The notes beneath the pieces are model-generated. The model was not told the origin of the DNA, did no database searches, and worked only from the letters and a program-made list of their open reading frames with translations. From assembly GCA_051313645.2 (NCBI GenBank), contig JBNRSN020000005.1:192572001-192636000 (forward strand): a stretch of DNA of 64,000 bases, read 5' to 3'. Position 1 is the stretch's first letter. Every line of letters starts with the position of its first letter. A program made the translations under genes and the position numbers. Shown in pieces: positions 13,393 through 25,757 of the stretch. This DNA comes from Centroscyllium fabricii (taxonomy: Eukaryota).

Positions 13393-15664
13393 ATGGCCAG
13401 AACAAACGGGTTTGGGGTTTCACAGCCAGATAAAGAAGACTGGGATGCGTATTTAGAATGCTTCGATATTTATTGTAACGTACAAGCAGTCACGAACGAG
13501 AACAAACTAAATACATTCTTAAATGCCCCGGGACCTGAAACATACGGGTTGCTCAGAACACTAGTGTCTCCAGATAGACCAGCGACTAAAACGTTACAAC
13601 AGATAAAGGATATTTTAAAAGATAATCTGAACCCAAACCCCCCTTTTATAGCGGAACGATTCACATTTTTTAAAAAGGGACCAGCAAAAGGGGGAGTCAC
13701 AGGCTGAGTACATGACCGCACTCAGATGGTTGTCGAAGCACTGTGCCTTTGGGGAGGAACTGTCCAATCACCTAAGAGACTGATTTGTATGTGGTATAAG
13801 GGATGATACCACACAAAAAACATTATTGACCAAAAAGACGCTCACTTTAGAGCAGGCCCTGGAGACGGCCGTGGCCCATGAGGCAACTGCAGCAGGGGCA
13901 GCCGCGATTAGAAACAGTGGGGGTCCTCTTGAGACCCACGAAATCTCTACATGCACAAAAAAGTGCTACCACTGTGGCAAGTCCACACATGACCAGAGTC
14001 GGTGCTGAGCTAAGGACAAAGACTGTAGACAATGTGGCAAGATAGGCCACATAGCGGCGGCTTGTTGGTCAGGGAAACAAGCGAGGCCAACACAGAGACA
14101 AACACAGAGACGGCCCAAACCCAGAAAGGTAAATAAAATGGCCGAAGAGGATTCAGGAAGCGAATCGGAAGACCAGGGCACAGACCAGTGGGGGCTGGGA
14201 AGCTTAAAGGTCCACAATATGGGCGACCACACTGACCGGAGTGTAATATGGATTCCCCTAAAAGTAGCAGGGGCAGAGATATCTATGGAGCTAGACACAG
14301 GATCTGCTCTATCAGTGATTAATGAAAAATTCTATCGGAAAACAGTCAGTGGGACACCCCTAGAACAGTCCCCGGTAATATTAAAGGCCTACACAGGACA
14401 GAAAGTTAAGACATTGGGGAGGTTGCCTGTCACAGTCAGATATCAAGGTGAACAGACAAAGGGTCTGTACCTCTATGTTTTAAAAGATGGTGGAGCACCA
14501 CTCTTGGGGAGGGAGTGGATCCGACGGATCAACTTCGACTGGGGCACAATACATAATGTCAAGGCCTCACACAAGACTGATGAGGACCTATCGGTCACCA
14601 GAAGACTAGACAGAATACTGGAAAAGAACCCAGAGGTTTTCCAACCGGGCCTGGGGAAGTTATAAAGCATTAACGCAAGGGTAATGATCACGCAGGGGGC
14701 AACCTCAATTTTCGCCAAGGCACGTCCAGTACCCTATGCTATTAGACCAGCAGTGGAGGCAGAACTCAAAAATTTGGAAGCAGAAGGAGTTCTGTCCAAG
14801 GTGGAATGGAGCGAATGGGCCACACCCATCGTTCCAGTCATAAAAAAACACAAAACAAGGACGGGGAGAAGACAAAGGTGCGCATTTGCGGGGACTTTAA
14901 AATGACCATTAACCCGGTGTTAAAAATTGTACAGTATCCATTGCCCAGAATTGAGGATATCTTTGCTTCCTTAGCAGGTGGGAAACGGTTCAGCAAGATA
15001 GACCTCTCACAAGTGTATCTACAGATGGAGGTGGAGCAGGATTCCAGGAAACTGCTGACCATCAATACGCACAAAGGGCTGTCAATATAACTGAATGGTT
15101 TTTGGCATCGCATCAGTGCCGGCCATATGGCAGAGGACCATGGATCAGGTACTGCAGGGTATTCCAGGGACACAATGCTACCTGGATGACATCTTAGTGA
15201 TGGGCAGAACGGATGGGGACATTTGTCTAACTTGGAAACAGTCCTGGAAAGACTCAAAGAGTGTGGGCTCAGGGCCAATAAGCAAAAATGTGAGTTTTTT
15301 AAGGATCACATTTCTTATTGTGGCCATGAAATTGATAGCGAAGGGTTACACAAATCGCCTGACAAGATAGTGGTGGTAGTAAATGCCCCAAGGCCAGAAA
15401 ATGTCATGCAGTTAAGGTCATTTCTGGGGCTGATTAACTATTATCACAAGTTGGTGCCCAACCTATCAACGGTTTTTACCCACTAAATACACTGCTACAG
15501 GCAGGGACACCCTGGAAGTGGGAGAAAGCATGTGAGACAGCTTTCTTAAAAAGCAAACAAATAATCACCTCTAAGGAGGTCTTGATGCATTTTGACCCCA
15601 GCCTGCCCATAAAGTTAGCGTGTGATGCTTCCCCTTATGGCATTGGCTCCGTGTTGTCCCACAA
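13393..15664 (+). pseudogene. Gypsy gag-protease-RT, disrupted
   Basis: ORF pieces at 13393, 13826, 14138 (LDTGSA), 14806 (YPLPRIED, KIDLS), 15095 (YLDD), 15582 (LACDAS). Confidence 0.85.
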
Positions 15665-16701
15665 ATGCAACTGGACCCTGGACTTTCTAACCAACAGACC
15701 ACAGTCTGTGAAGTTAGGCAACCTCACCTCCCCCCGCCTTACCCTGAACACGGGGGCCCCACAAGGTTGTGTGCTGAGCCCCCTCCTCTACTCCCTCTTC
15801 ACTCACAACTGTGTGGCTGTCCATGGCTCCAACACGATCATCAAGTTCGCGGATGACACCACGGTGGTTGGCCAGATCACCAACAACGACGAGTCAGCCT
15901 ACAGGGATGAGATCCAGCGCCTTGTGGGTTGGTGTGCTGACAACAACCTGGCACTGAACACCAAGAAAACCAAGGAGATCATAGTGGACTCCCAGAGGAC
16001 TGGAAGCAGAGGACACGCCCCCATCTTCATCCAAGGGGCTGAGGTGGAAAGGGTGTCCAGCTTCAAGTTCCTCGGGGTCCACATCTCGGAAGATCTCTCC
16101 TGGTCACTAAACACCTCCTCTCTGGTTAAGAAGGCCCAACAGCGCCTGTACTTCCTAAGGAAGCTGAAGAAAGCCAGGCTGTCATCCGGCATCCTCTCCA
16201 ACTTCTACCGCTGCACAATAGAAAGCATACTGACAAGCTGCATCACTGTCTGGTATGGAAATTGCACTATCTCGGACCGGAAAACCCTGCAGCGGGTAGT
16301 CAAAACTGCCCAACAAATGCCCAATGCACACAGCTACCGTCAATGGAAAGCATCTACCTCAAACGCTGCTTACGGAGGTCTCTGAACATTATTAAAGACC
16401 CCACACACCCCAGCCACAGTCTGTTCGCCCCCCTGCCCTCCGGGAGATGCTACAGAGCAATTTGCACCCGCACGACTAGATTTCAGAACAGCTTCTTCCC
16501 CAGGGCTGTCAGCCTCCTGAACTCTAAAAAGAAACTCCGGTACCTGCACGCCTGATAATGTACTTTACTGTATGCAATTTGCATGTAATTTATTTGCACT
16601 ACTCTCGGGAGAGTCGAGTCTTCGTCTCGTTGTATTGTACTAGTACTCTGCAATGACAATAAAACTTGAATTGAATTTAATTGAATTGAATTGAATTGAA
16701 A
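15665..16701 (+). mobile_element. Rex1/Babar-like LINE, 5'-truncated, inserted in the Gypsy RNase H
   Basis: CNWTLDFLTNRPQSV...GAPQGCVLSPLLYSL...KFADDTT...KAQQRLYFLR; tail CAATGACAATAAA(TTGAA)n; host frame resumes as RPIAFFS. Confidence 0.92.
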
Positions 16702-17141
16702 GACCAATAGCATTTTTCTCTAAGTCCCTCACCACGGCAGAAAAAAACTATGCTCAAATAGACCGTGAAACACTCAGCCTTGTGTGGGGGGGTGAAAAAA
16801 TTTCACCATTACATAAACGGCCAACAGTTTACACTGATAACCGCCCACCAACCATTGGTCTCTATTTTCCACCCAGAAAAAGGGGTACCCCAGATGACTG
16901 TACAAAGGCTACAAAGATGGGCACTGTTCTTGGGCGTGCACAAATATACCATTGAACATAAAGGCACTAAGAGGCATCGTAATGCGGACGGATTGTCATG
17001 ATTGCCCCTACCAGAAACAGGGGAGGGGGGACAACAAGATCCCCTGGAATTGTACCATATGGCAATAGTGGAGCAGTTACCAGTCACTAGCAAACAGATA
17101 GAGAGGGAAACGAGAAATGACCCGTTTGTCAAAACTTTTTA

Positions 17142-18359
17142 ATGTCTCAGTACGAGGATGGTCCAGACCTCAACCTATGGCCTGATTACGCCAACAGAAA
17201 GGACCAGTTGTCGGTCTGCCAGGGCACGTTAATGTGCGGAGGTCAGGTGGTAATCCCAGAAAAATTACGGAAACAAATTCTGATAGACCTACATGAGGGA
17301 CATCTGGGCGGGGTTAAAATGAAATCCTTAGCCAGGGCGTACATATGGTGGCCCAGGATTGACAAAGATATTGAGACACTGGCTAGTGAATGCACCGGGT
17401 GCAAAATGGTCCAAAACTCACCGCCCCAGGCGCCCTTACACCCATGGGAGTGGCCATCATCTCCATGGCAAAGAATTCATATAGATTTTGCCGGGCCTTT
17501 TATGGACACTATGTTCCTCATTGTCGTTGACGCCCATTCCAAGTGGCCCGAGGTGATAAGAATGTCTTCCACCACAGCTGAGAAGTCAATCGCAGTCCTC
17601 AGAACCATTTTTGCCAGAAATGGTATACCGGAACAGATCTGTTCCGATAATGGACCTCAGTTCGTCTCTGAGGAGTTTAGTGCATTTCTAAAAAGAAATG
17701 GGATCCAACATTACAAGTCGGCACCATACCACCCAGCCACAAATGGACTGGCAGAAAGGTTTGTGCAGACCTTCAAAAAGGCCATAAAAGCCATGGGGGG
17801 AGGAAAGTTGGAATTACAACATAAAATAGACAACTTCCTCTTTGCTTATAGAAATGTGGAACACACAACTACTAACCAGTCTCCGGCAGTGTTGTTCTTT
17901 AATAGGAGATTGCGGAATTGTCTGGACCTGTTGCAACCTAACATTCGTCGAGACATAGAAAACCAAATGTACCGAAAGGCTTCGGACCATGCAACACGAA
18001 ACTTTGATGTCGGTCAGGATGTGCTAGTAAGAGACAATAGGCATGATAGGTGGCAGGCTGGAACAATCAGCCATCGGCAAGGGCCGTTATCATACACAGT
18101 AGATACACCTGAGGGGCAAATCAGAAGACACCCTGACCAAATTGTAAGGGACACTGTGGCCAGTGCTGATTCACCCAAATCAAAGACAACAACAAAACGG
18201 ACAATACCCCATGACACCAATTCAGATGAAGAAGCGCCTGACGAAGGCTCTTTGGAGGTCGAAACAGACGGCGAGTCAACAAAGACTACCTCATCATCAG
18301 CCATCGCAGGACAATACCCAACGAGAGAACGCCGACCTCCACAGAAACTGAATCTGTAA
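17142..18359 (+). CDS. Gypsy integrase (open segment of pol)
   Basis: HHCC (LHEGH...C..C), IHIDFAGP, SDNGPQF, NGLAERFVQTFK. Confidence 0.85.
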   Translation: MSQYEDGPDLNLWPDYANRKDQLSVCQGTLMCGGQVVIPEKLRKQILIDLHEGHLGGVKMKSLARAYIWWPRIDKDIETLASECTGCKMVQNSPPQAPLHPWEWPSSPWQRIHIDFAGPFMDTMFLIVVDAHSKWPEVIRMSSTTAEKSIAVLRTIFARNGIPEQICSDNGPQFVSEEFSAFLKRNGIQHYKSAPYHPATNGLAERFVQTFKKAIKAMGGGKLELQHKIDNFLFAYRNVEHTTTNQSPAVLFFNRRLRNCLDLLQPNIRRDIENQMYRKASDHATRNFDVGQDVLVRDNRHDRWQAGTISHRQGPLSYTVDTPEGQIRRHPDQIVRDTVASADSPKSKTTTKRTIPHDTNSDEEAPDEGSLEVETDGESTKTTSSSAIAGQYPTRERRPPQKLNL

Positions 18360-18668
18360 CTGTACATATGACATCTGTATATATATCGTTATTAGTCCTC
18401 CCCCTTTACTGACTGTTGTACCGTAAAGGCTAATTAAGTGGGGAGGAATGTGGTGTATGTAATATTGTTAATACAAGGTTATCATTGCGCACTACTTTGT
18501 ACCGTGGCAGGACACTGCAGTACTGTGGTCCGCCACTACTGTATATAAGTCTAAGCGTGGAGCAATACGGGTCAGTTCCAGACTGTACCATGTCGAGTAA
18601 ATATCACCTTTAGTTCGTACCTGGACAACTGAGTCTGTCGTTATTAATCCTCAATAGCGCGGGCTCAA

Positions 18669-19015
18669 GTCTATAGGTGACACAGGGTCGTCTGTAGGTG
18701 ACACAAACAGGGTTGTTTATAGGTGACACAAACATGGACGTCTATAGGTGACACAAAGAGGGTCGTCTGTAGGTGACACAAACAGGGCCGTCTGTAGGTG
18801 ACACAAACAGGGTTGTCTATAGGTGACACAAACATGGACGTCTATAGGTGACACAAAGAGGGCCGTCTGTAGGTGACACAAACAGGGTTGTCTATAGGTG
18901 ACACAAACATGGACGTCTATAGGTGACACAAAGAGGGTCGTCTGTAGGTGACACAAACATGGACGTCTATAGCTGACACAAACAGGGCCGTCTGTAGGTG
19001 ACACAAACATGGCTG
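18669..19015. repeat. 25-bp satellite, right part
   Basis: Same monomer as 9237-12274. Confidence 0.95.
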
Positions 19016-20068
19016 CTCCCAGCTGCACTTTGCCCTGCCGTTGAAGAAACCACAATCCTTTCCATGTCCCATCGACCGCAATTGTTGGTTTCTGAATATG
19101 GGTTTGGGTTCCCGCTCCTGTCCCGAGGCTGCAGAGCCCCTTTGGAATGTCCTGAGCTGGTGACAGGCAGTAAATAAAATCATAATCCCATCTTTCTTTT
19201 TGAAAAAGCCGTTACTTTCCAAAATAGCAAAAGTTCAGAAAGAAAATGTAGTATTTCATGTCAGCTGAATTTTACCATTCAACATTTATTTGTAATTCTT
19301 TAAAACGCACCAAGTAACTTGGACAAAAAAACAAAATAATTCCACATTACACTGAGAATAAAATAGGGCTGGGGCGAGACAGTATCCACACAGTGACCAC
19401 ACGGAGTAGAGAGGAAGCTCCGAGGCTGAACATTATTTACCACAAGTGTGGAATATGAAATGTAATAAAAATAACTTCCGGATACATTAAGTAACAACAT
19501 GTAAAATAAAACTGAAGGTTGTTCTCTTTGGTTGGGTGAAATTTACTGTCACAAATCCCCCAACAGATAGAACAATAACAACTTCCTGTCAATTTTTTGC
19601 AATTCGATGTAAGTGCAGTAAATTCTGTGACTGCTCAGGGAGGGGAGTTCACTTCCTACACTTATTGCTGCCAACAGTCTGCAGCTGTCAATCCTCAGCA
19701 CTGAGCTTTGGATCTACCCCCACATATTACTGCCTCTCTACCATACCTTTGTTCTGTAACCTCCTGTTAAGCGCCTTGGGATGTTTTGCTCTGTTAAAGT
19801 CGCTGTATAAATGTAAAATTTTGCTGCCGAGATTGATATGCCATCAATAACTCAAAGACAAGAAGTTAAAGGATTTAACTGTAGGCTTTTAATCGCTAAG
19901 AATATTGCACGTCATTCCCCATCGGGTTCCTCTGGCAGAATGACTCATACAGCTCTGGAGACCTTTATGTGATAAAAGACAGGGGCGGAGCCAATACACA
20001 CAATGGGAAAAGGGTGCGGTACACACAATACAATACAGGTAAAACCACAGGGGCTGATGAAAGACATT

Positions 20069-20994
20069 GGGCCATGTTTTCCTGTGCTCCAGAGGAGCTT
20101 CACACCCACGAAGAGGGTTCAGAAATGCCTCGTGGGTGTGAAGCACGGTGATTCCCACAAACGTCAATTTCCTGTGCTGATGGGGAAGGAGCTTCAGCTT
20201 CCAACGCAGGAAGACTTTGAACTGCCGATTTCCTGTAGCAGCTGCTCAAAATGCGTGTGTTATCACGTGGACATTTCTGTCTTGAGCTGCACATTTACAA
20301 ATCAGTCGTTGATGGTGAGAAACACGTTGAAAAGCTTTAAAAGGTAAGTTTTTTTAAATTCCTTTGGTGATGTGTGTGTGTGGTCTTTCTGCTTTTAAAT
20401 GGAAGTGGTTTTTTTTCTTTTTGTAAATTTTTTTTTTTAAACGGGTTTTCAGCAGTTCTGGTGGCTTTTCTTAAAAGCACTTTTACCTTATCTCAGAAGA
20501 CAGCAGCTGGTTAATTTTTACCTTAGGAATGAGGAACCAGTGTTTAAAAAAGAAAATGCTGCAAAACTGTTAAAAACCCATTTAAAAAATAAATAATTAA
20601 AAATGGGTTTTTAACAGTTTTGCAGCATTTTCTTTTTTAAACACTGGTTCCTCATTCCGAAGGTAAAAATTAACCAGCTGCTGTCTTCTAAAGTGCTTTT
20701 ACATAGCTGCTGTTTTTGGTGGGGTTTTCAGATCTTTTCACCTGCTGAAAGCCTTTGCTTTCTGCAGGATTCTGTGCTCTGTGCGGGGGAAAAAGCCGAC
20801 CTCAGTGGGCGTGGCCTGCTCACAACCCACGCACAAAGCACCTCGCAGCAACAAAAGCCAGACCCCCACGCAGCAAAAAAAACGGCATTTTCAGCAGGAA
20901 ATCGGCGTCAGAAAAAAAATAATTACGTGCGCGTGCGCCGCGGGTGCACGGGAGCGCGCACCCGCGGCAAACGGGCCACAGGAAAACATGGCCC
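20069..20994. mobile_element. MITE (PIF/Harbinger-like) in the 3' LTR of element E
   Basis: TIR GGGCCATGTTTTCCTGTG / CACAGGAAAACATGGCCC; TSD ATT; the sister LTR is uninterrupted at this position. Confidence 0.92.
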
Positions 20995-22907
20995 ATTTAT
21001 TTCATCATATTCACCCCTTCTACAGATTTAGTCTGTCCGGGGGTGTGATAGTCCTTTCTGAACGTCACAACAGTGCTTCGGGTTCAGACCGGGAGTCCGT
21101 GGTGCCCTCCTGGGCATACCCATGTGCTGGGGTTGTTGCAGGTACTTCTGGGGGTGGTGAGGATACCTCTGGCGATGGAGAGGATAGGTTGTCATCGCTT
21201 CCTGCCGGGGCAAGGTCCTTTATGGACAAGGTGTCCTCACGCCTGTCGGCATGCTTGACGTACGCGTACTGTGGGTCTGTGTGGAGTAGGTGTTCTGCCT
21301 CCACGATGGGATCTGTTTTGTGGCCCCTCACATACTTCCATAGTAAGACTGTCCCTGGGGTGGAGAGCCACGAAGGTAGGGACACTCCTGAGGTTGATTT
21401 GCGTGGAAACACAAACATCTTCTCGTGAGGAGTGGCATTAGCAGCAGTACACAGTAGCGACCTTATCGAGTGGAGTACGTCTGGGAGGACCTCTTGCCAG
21501 CGGGAGGTAGGGAGGCCTTTAGACCTTAGTGCTAAGGTGACCTCCTTCCACACCGTCGTGTTCTCCCTCTCCACTTGCCTATTACCCCGGGGGTTATAAC
21601 TAGTGGTCTGACTCATGGCTATCCCCTTTGACAGCAGGTATTGGCGCAGTTCATCGCTCATGAACGATGCCCCCGTCAGTTTGGATATAGTTTGAAATGC
21701 TGAAAGTGCAAAACCGGCTGCCGAGGCACTTGATGACCGTGGCACTGGTCATGTCTGGGCAGGGGTAGGCAAATGGGAAGCGGGAGTACTCGTCCAAGTT
21801 GAGAAAGTACACATTGCGGTCGGTGGAGGGGAGGGGTCCCTTGAAATCTAAGCTCAGACACTCGAATGGCCATGTAGCTTTGATCAGGTGGGCTTGGTTG
21901 GGCCTGTATAAATGGGGCTTGCATTCCGCACAGGTGCGGCAGTCCCTGGTCATAGACCGGTCCTCCTTGATGGAATAGGGCAGGTTACGGGATTTTATAA
22001 AGTGAAATAGCCGGGTGACCCCCGGGTGGCAGAGGCCATTGTGGAGGCAGTGTAGCCTGTCCCCCTGGATGCTGGCACACATCCCTTGTGATAGGGCATC
22101 TGATTCGTTGAGGGCCCCCGGCCTATATCTTATGTCGTACTCAAACGTGGAGAGTTCGATCCGCCACCTGAGAATTTTGGCGTTCTTAATCTTCCCCCTC
22201 TGTTGTTAAACATGAAGGCTACCGACCGCTGGTCGGTAAACAGTGTGAAGTGTTTGCCGGCTAGGTAGTGACTCCAGTGCCGCACTGCCTCCACTATGGC
22301 CTGGGCATCTTTCTCCACCGAGGAGTGCCTGCTGTCGGACCCTTGGAGGGTTCTTGAGAAAAAGGCTACGGGCCACCCATCCTGGTTGAGGGTGGCTGCT
22401 AAAGCGAAGTCGGATGCATCGCTTTTGACCTGGAAAGGGATGTTATCATCCACTGCCCGCAGCGCGGCCTTCTCAATGTTGTGCTTAATGCTGTTGAGGG
22501 CGGCGTGGGCCTCGGCCGTGAGTGGGAAGGACATTAATTTTAGATAGGGACGGACTTTGTCGGAATAATTGGGGACCCATTGGGCGTAATAGGAGAAAAA
22601 CCCCAGGCACCTTTTCAGGGCCTTGGGGAGTGTTTGGTAGGGGTAGCTCCCGTAGGGGGTGCAATCGGTCGGGGTCCGGACCGATTTCCCCGTTTTCCAC
22701 CACATAGCCCAGGATACAGAGGCGCGTGGTGCTAAAGGCACGCTTATCCTCGTTGTAGGTGAGATTGAGTCTGCGGGCGGTTTTAAGAAATCTCGCAAGG
22801 TTCGAATCATGGTCTTGCTGGTCATGCCCGCAGATGGTGATGTTGTCTAGGTATGGATAGGTGGCTGTTAACCGGTTCTGATCAACTATGCGGTCCATCT
22901 CCCTCTC

Positions 22908-23323
22908 GGGCGGCACGGTGGCACAGTGGTTAGCACTGTTGTCTCACAGCACTGGAGACCCGGGTTCAAATCGAGCCTCGGGTACTATCTGTGTGGCTGT
23001 GTGGAGTTTGCACATTCTCCCCGTGTCTGCGTGGGTTTCCTCCAGGTGCTCCGGTTTCCTCCCACAGTCCAAAGATGTGCGGGTTATGTTGATTGGCCAG
23101 GATAAATTGACCCTTAGTGTTGGGGGGATTGAATATGTGGGGTTACGGGGATAGGGTGGGATATGTGTCGGTGCAGGCTCGATAGGGATCGAGGGATATG
23201 GGGAGAGGGCAGGGACAGGGACGGGGTACTGGGTTTGGATGATCAGCCATGATCTCATTGAATGGCGGAGCAGGCTCGAAGGGCCGAATGGCCTACTCCT
23301 GCTCCTAGTTTCTATGTTTCTAT
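22908..23323 (+). mobile_element. HE1-like V-SINE inserted in the RT of element E
   Basis: tRNA-like A/B boxes (TGGCACAGTGG, GGTTCAAATC), V-domain GGAGTTTGCACATTCTCCCCGTG, CR1-type tail (TTTCTATG)n. Confidence 0.92.
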
Positions 23324-25757
23324 GGAAGACGGAGACCCCAATTCGTTACCCCAAAGGGGACTCTGAGGAAGTGGTAGGGGCGTCTGTTCGCCTCGAAGGC
23401 TGTGTATGGAAGGTCCTCCGGCCTAATGGGGAGCTGGTGGTATGCCGATTTTGATAGTGGAAAACACCCGGTATTGTGCAATTTGGTTAACCATATCCGC
23501 TATGTGGGGCAGAGGGTAGGCGTCTAGCTGGGTGAAAAGATTAACCGTCTGTCTATAATCTATCACCATCCGCTTCTTTTCTCTACCCTTAACTACTACT
23601 ACCTGGGCACGCCACGGGCTGGTACTGCATTCGATAATACCCTCTCGCTTGAGTCTTTCTACTTCAGATGCAGTGAACCGTCTGTCCCCCCAGCTGTACC
23701 ACCTACTTTGGTCGCTATGGGTCGACAGTTAGGTGCGAGGTTGGCGAACAGAGAGGGCGGCTTGACCTTCAGGGTAGCCAGACCACACACTGTGAGGGGC
23801 GGCTGGGACCGTGATACTTTGGTGGTGGCATTGGAAGTCCAGACCCATGATCACGCTCACACAGAGGTCTGGCATTATCAACAGTTTAAAATCTCTGTAA
23901 TCAGTGCCTTTTACCGACAACATAACCGCGCAGAAACCTGTAATATGTGAGGTATGCATCTTATCAGCCATGGCGATTTTGCCCTGTGTAGGGACTATCG
24001 TTAGTGAAAGTCATTTTATCAGGCTAGGATGAATAAAACTTTTGGTGCTCCCGCAGTCAATCAAGTGTTTACCTTGTCCCCATTTACCTCTATGTCCATC
24101 ATCGATTTAGACAATGGATGCAGCCTGGATTGATCCACTGTGATTGAGGCCACCAGTGGGTCCTGGGGGTCCGTGGAGTCGGGACAAGATGGTGGACTCC
24201 ATGTGGGTGGACAAGATGGTGTCCAAGATGGCTGCCCCCACAGTGCGCATGCGGCGGCGGCGGAGTTGGAGGTGGGATTCCCTCTGCAGACTTTGCTGAA
24301 ATGTCCTTTCTTCCCGCATTTAAAACAGGTGGTGCCCTTCGCTGGGCACAGATGCCTGGAGTGTTTGTCCTGGCTGCAGGTGTAGCATTTTGGGCCCCGA
24401 TGCATCGCCGCAGTAGTGGGGCTCCTGGGTGGAGGCTGGGGCTTCGATGGTGCTGGGCTGGCCTGAAATTTGGGAGGTGAAGATAGCTCCTAAGATGGCA
24501 GCTCCCACGGCATGCACGAGGTGGGGTGGAACGCGTGTCGTGAGGAATAGGATTCAGCGTTCCTCTGGGCCATATCCAGCAATTGCGCTATGTCCATAGC
24601 CTGTTTTAAGTCCAGTCCCTCCTTTTCAAACAGCCTCTGCCGAATGTAATTTGAACTGAGGCCCGCAATAAAGGAGTCATGGATCAGCTCCTCCGTGTAC
24701 ACGGTGGCAGACACGGCCTTACAATTACAGTCTCTGCCCAGTACTTTTAGGCTTCACATGAAGTCCTCTAGTGACTCACCATGCCACTGCGTGCGAGTAG
24801 TCAGAAGATGCCTGGCGTACACCTCGTTTATTGGCTGCACATAGTGAGCCTTCAGGATGGTGCAGGCATCCTTGTAGTTGATGGCATCTTGGATGAGAGG
24901 GGAGACCTGATGACTCACCCGGTTTCGCAGGATTCCCAGTTTCACGTCTCTGGTGGCGGTCGCAGCTGCTATGGCAGTGGCTGAGGTTTCAATGAAAAAT
25001 TCGAAGCATTGGAACCAGTGTTCGAACTGTGTGGCTGCGTCTGTGGCATGGGGGTCCAGATCCAAGTGCTTTGGTATCAGGAGTCGATCCATCTTGGTGT
25101 TTTAGTGATTAAAATTGATGTGCCATCAATAACTCAAAGACGAGAAGTTAATGGATTTAACTGTAGGCTTTTAATCACTAAGAACATTGCACGTCATTCC
25201 CCATCGGGTTCCTCTGGCAGAATGACTCATACAGCTCTTGAGACCTTTATGTGACAAAAGACACGGGCGGAGCCAATACACACAATGGGAAAAGGTTGCG
25301 GTACACACAATACAATACAGGTAAAACCACAGGGGCTGATGAAAGACATATATTTCATCACAGAGATGTGGTGGATCCAATGGGAGGAATTTCGTGAGGA
25401 GCAGAGAAACCAGCACAGACTAGTTGGGCCGAATATCCGGTTTCAGTGCTGTTTAATCTTTGTTATGTAAGCACCTGAACTACCGCTCTGCTCTGTCTGC
25501 CTTCCTATTGACGGGGATCTTACCATGGAAGCTGCAAATAAATTTATGCACTAAACAGATGAAGGGACTCTTTAAAGAAGAGCTATGATGGAATTCAGCA
25601 AATTAGTGGTCGTCCCGAATGTCAATGTCGGAACTGTCAATAAGAAATAGTGCCCTGTCCTAAACACAGTGCTTGTTCTGCCGCTGATTTTATTTTCAGA
25701 TCACCAGCGATTCCTGGTGTAATTCATGTAATAGTTGTCTGGGGCTAAATATTACAT

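Larger units (their letters stand above)
12279..18668 (+). mobile_element. Ty3/Gypsy LTR retrotransposon (Mag-like), degenerate, inserted in the 25-bp satellite
   Basis: LTRs 12279-12479 and 18449-18668; PBS TGGCAACGAGG (tRNA-Ser-like); PPT AAGTGGGGAGGAA; gag with CCHC knuckles, protease LDTGS, RT YLDD, RNase H, integrase; many stops and frameshifts. Confidence 0.95.
19834..25362 (-). mobile_element. Ty3/Gypsy LTR retrotransposon E (no tRNA PBS), degenerate
   Basis: 5' LTR 25116-25362; 3' LTR 19834-about 21009, split by a MITE; TSD GAGAT (19829-19833 and 25363-25367); PPT GAAGGGGTGAA; gag MDRLLIPKHLDLDP, RT YLDN, integrase LDFKGP. Confidence 0.95.

Noticed and set aside
15582-16385. Novel RNase H-RT fusion gene
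   Set aside because: It is a chance in-frame junction of a LINE inserted in a dead Gypsy. The ORFs at 349-693, 30376-31062, 48880-49620 and 51515-51886 are similarly chimeric.
22908-22985. tRNA gene
   Set aside because: It is a SINE head followed by a V-domain and LINE tail; the same applies at 28942, 35735, 40635 and 43796.
25336-25362. Hammerhead at CTGATGAAAGAC in the E LTR
   Set aside because: There is no stem II followed by GAAA; the sequence forms a simple terminal hairpin.
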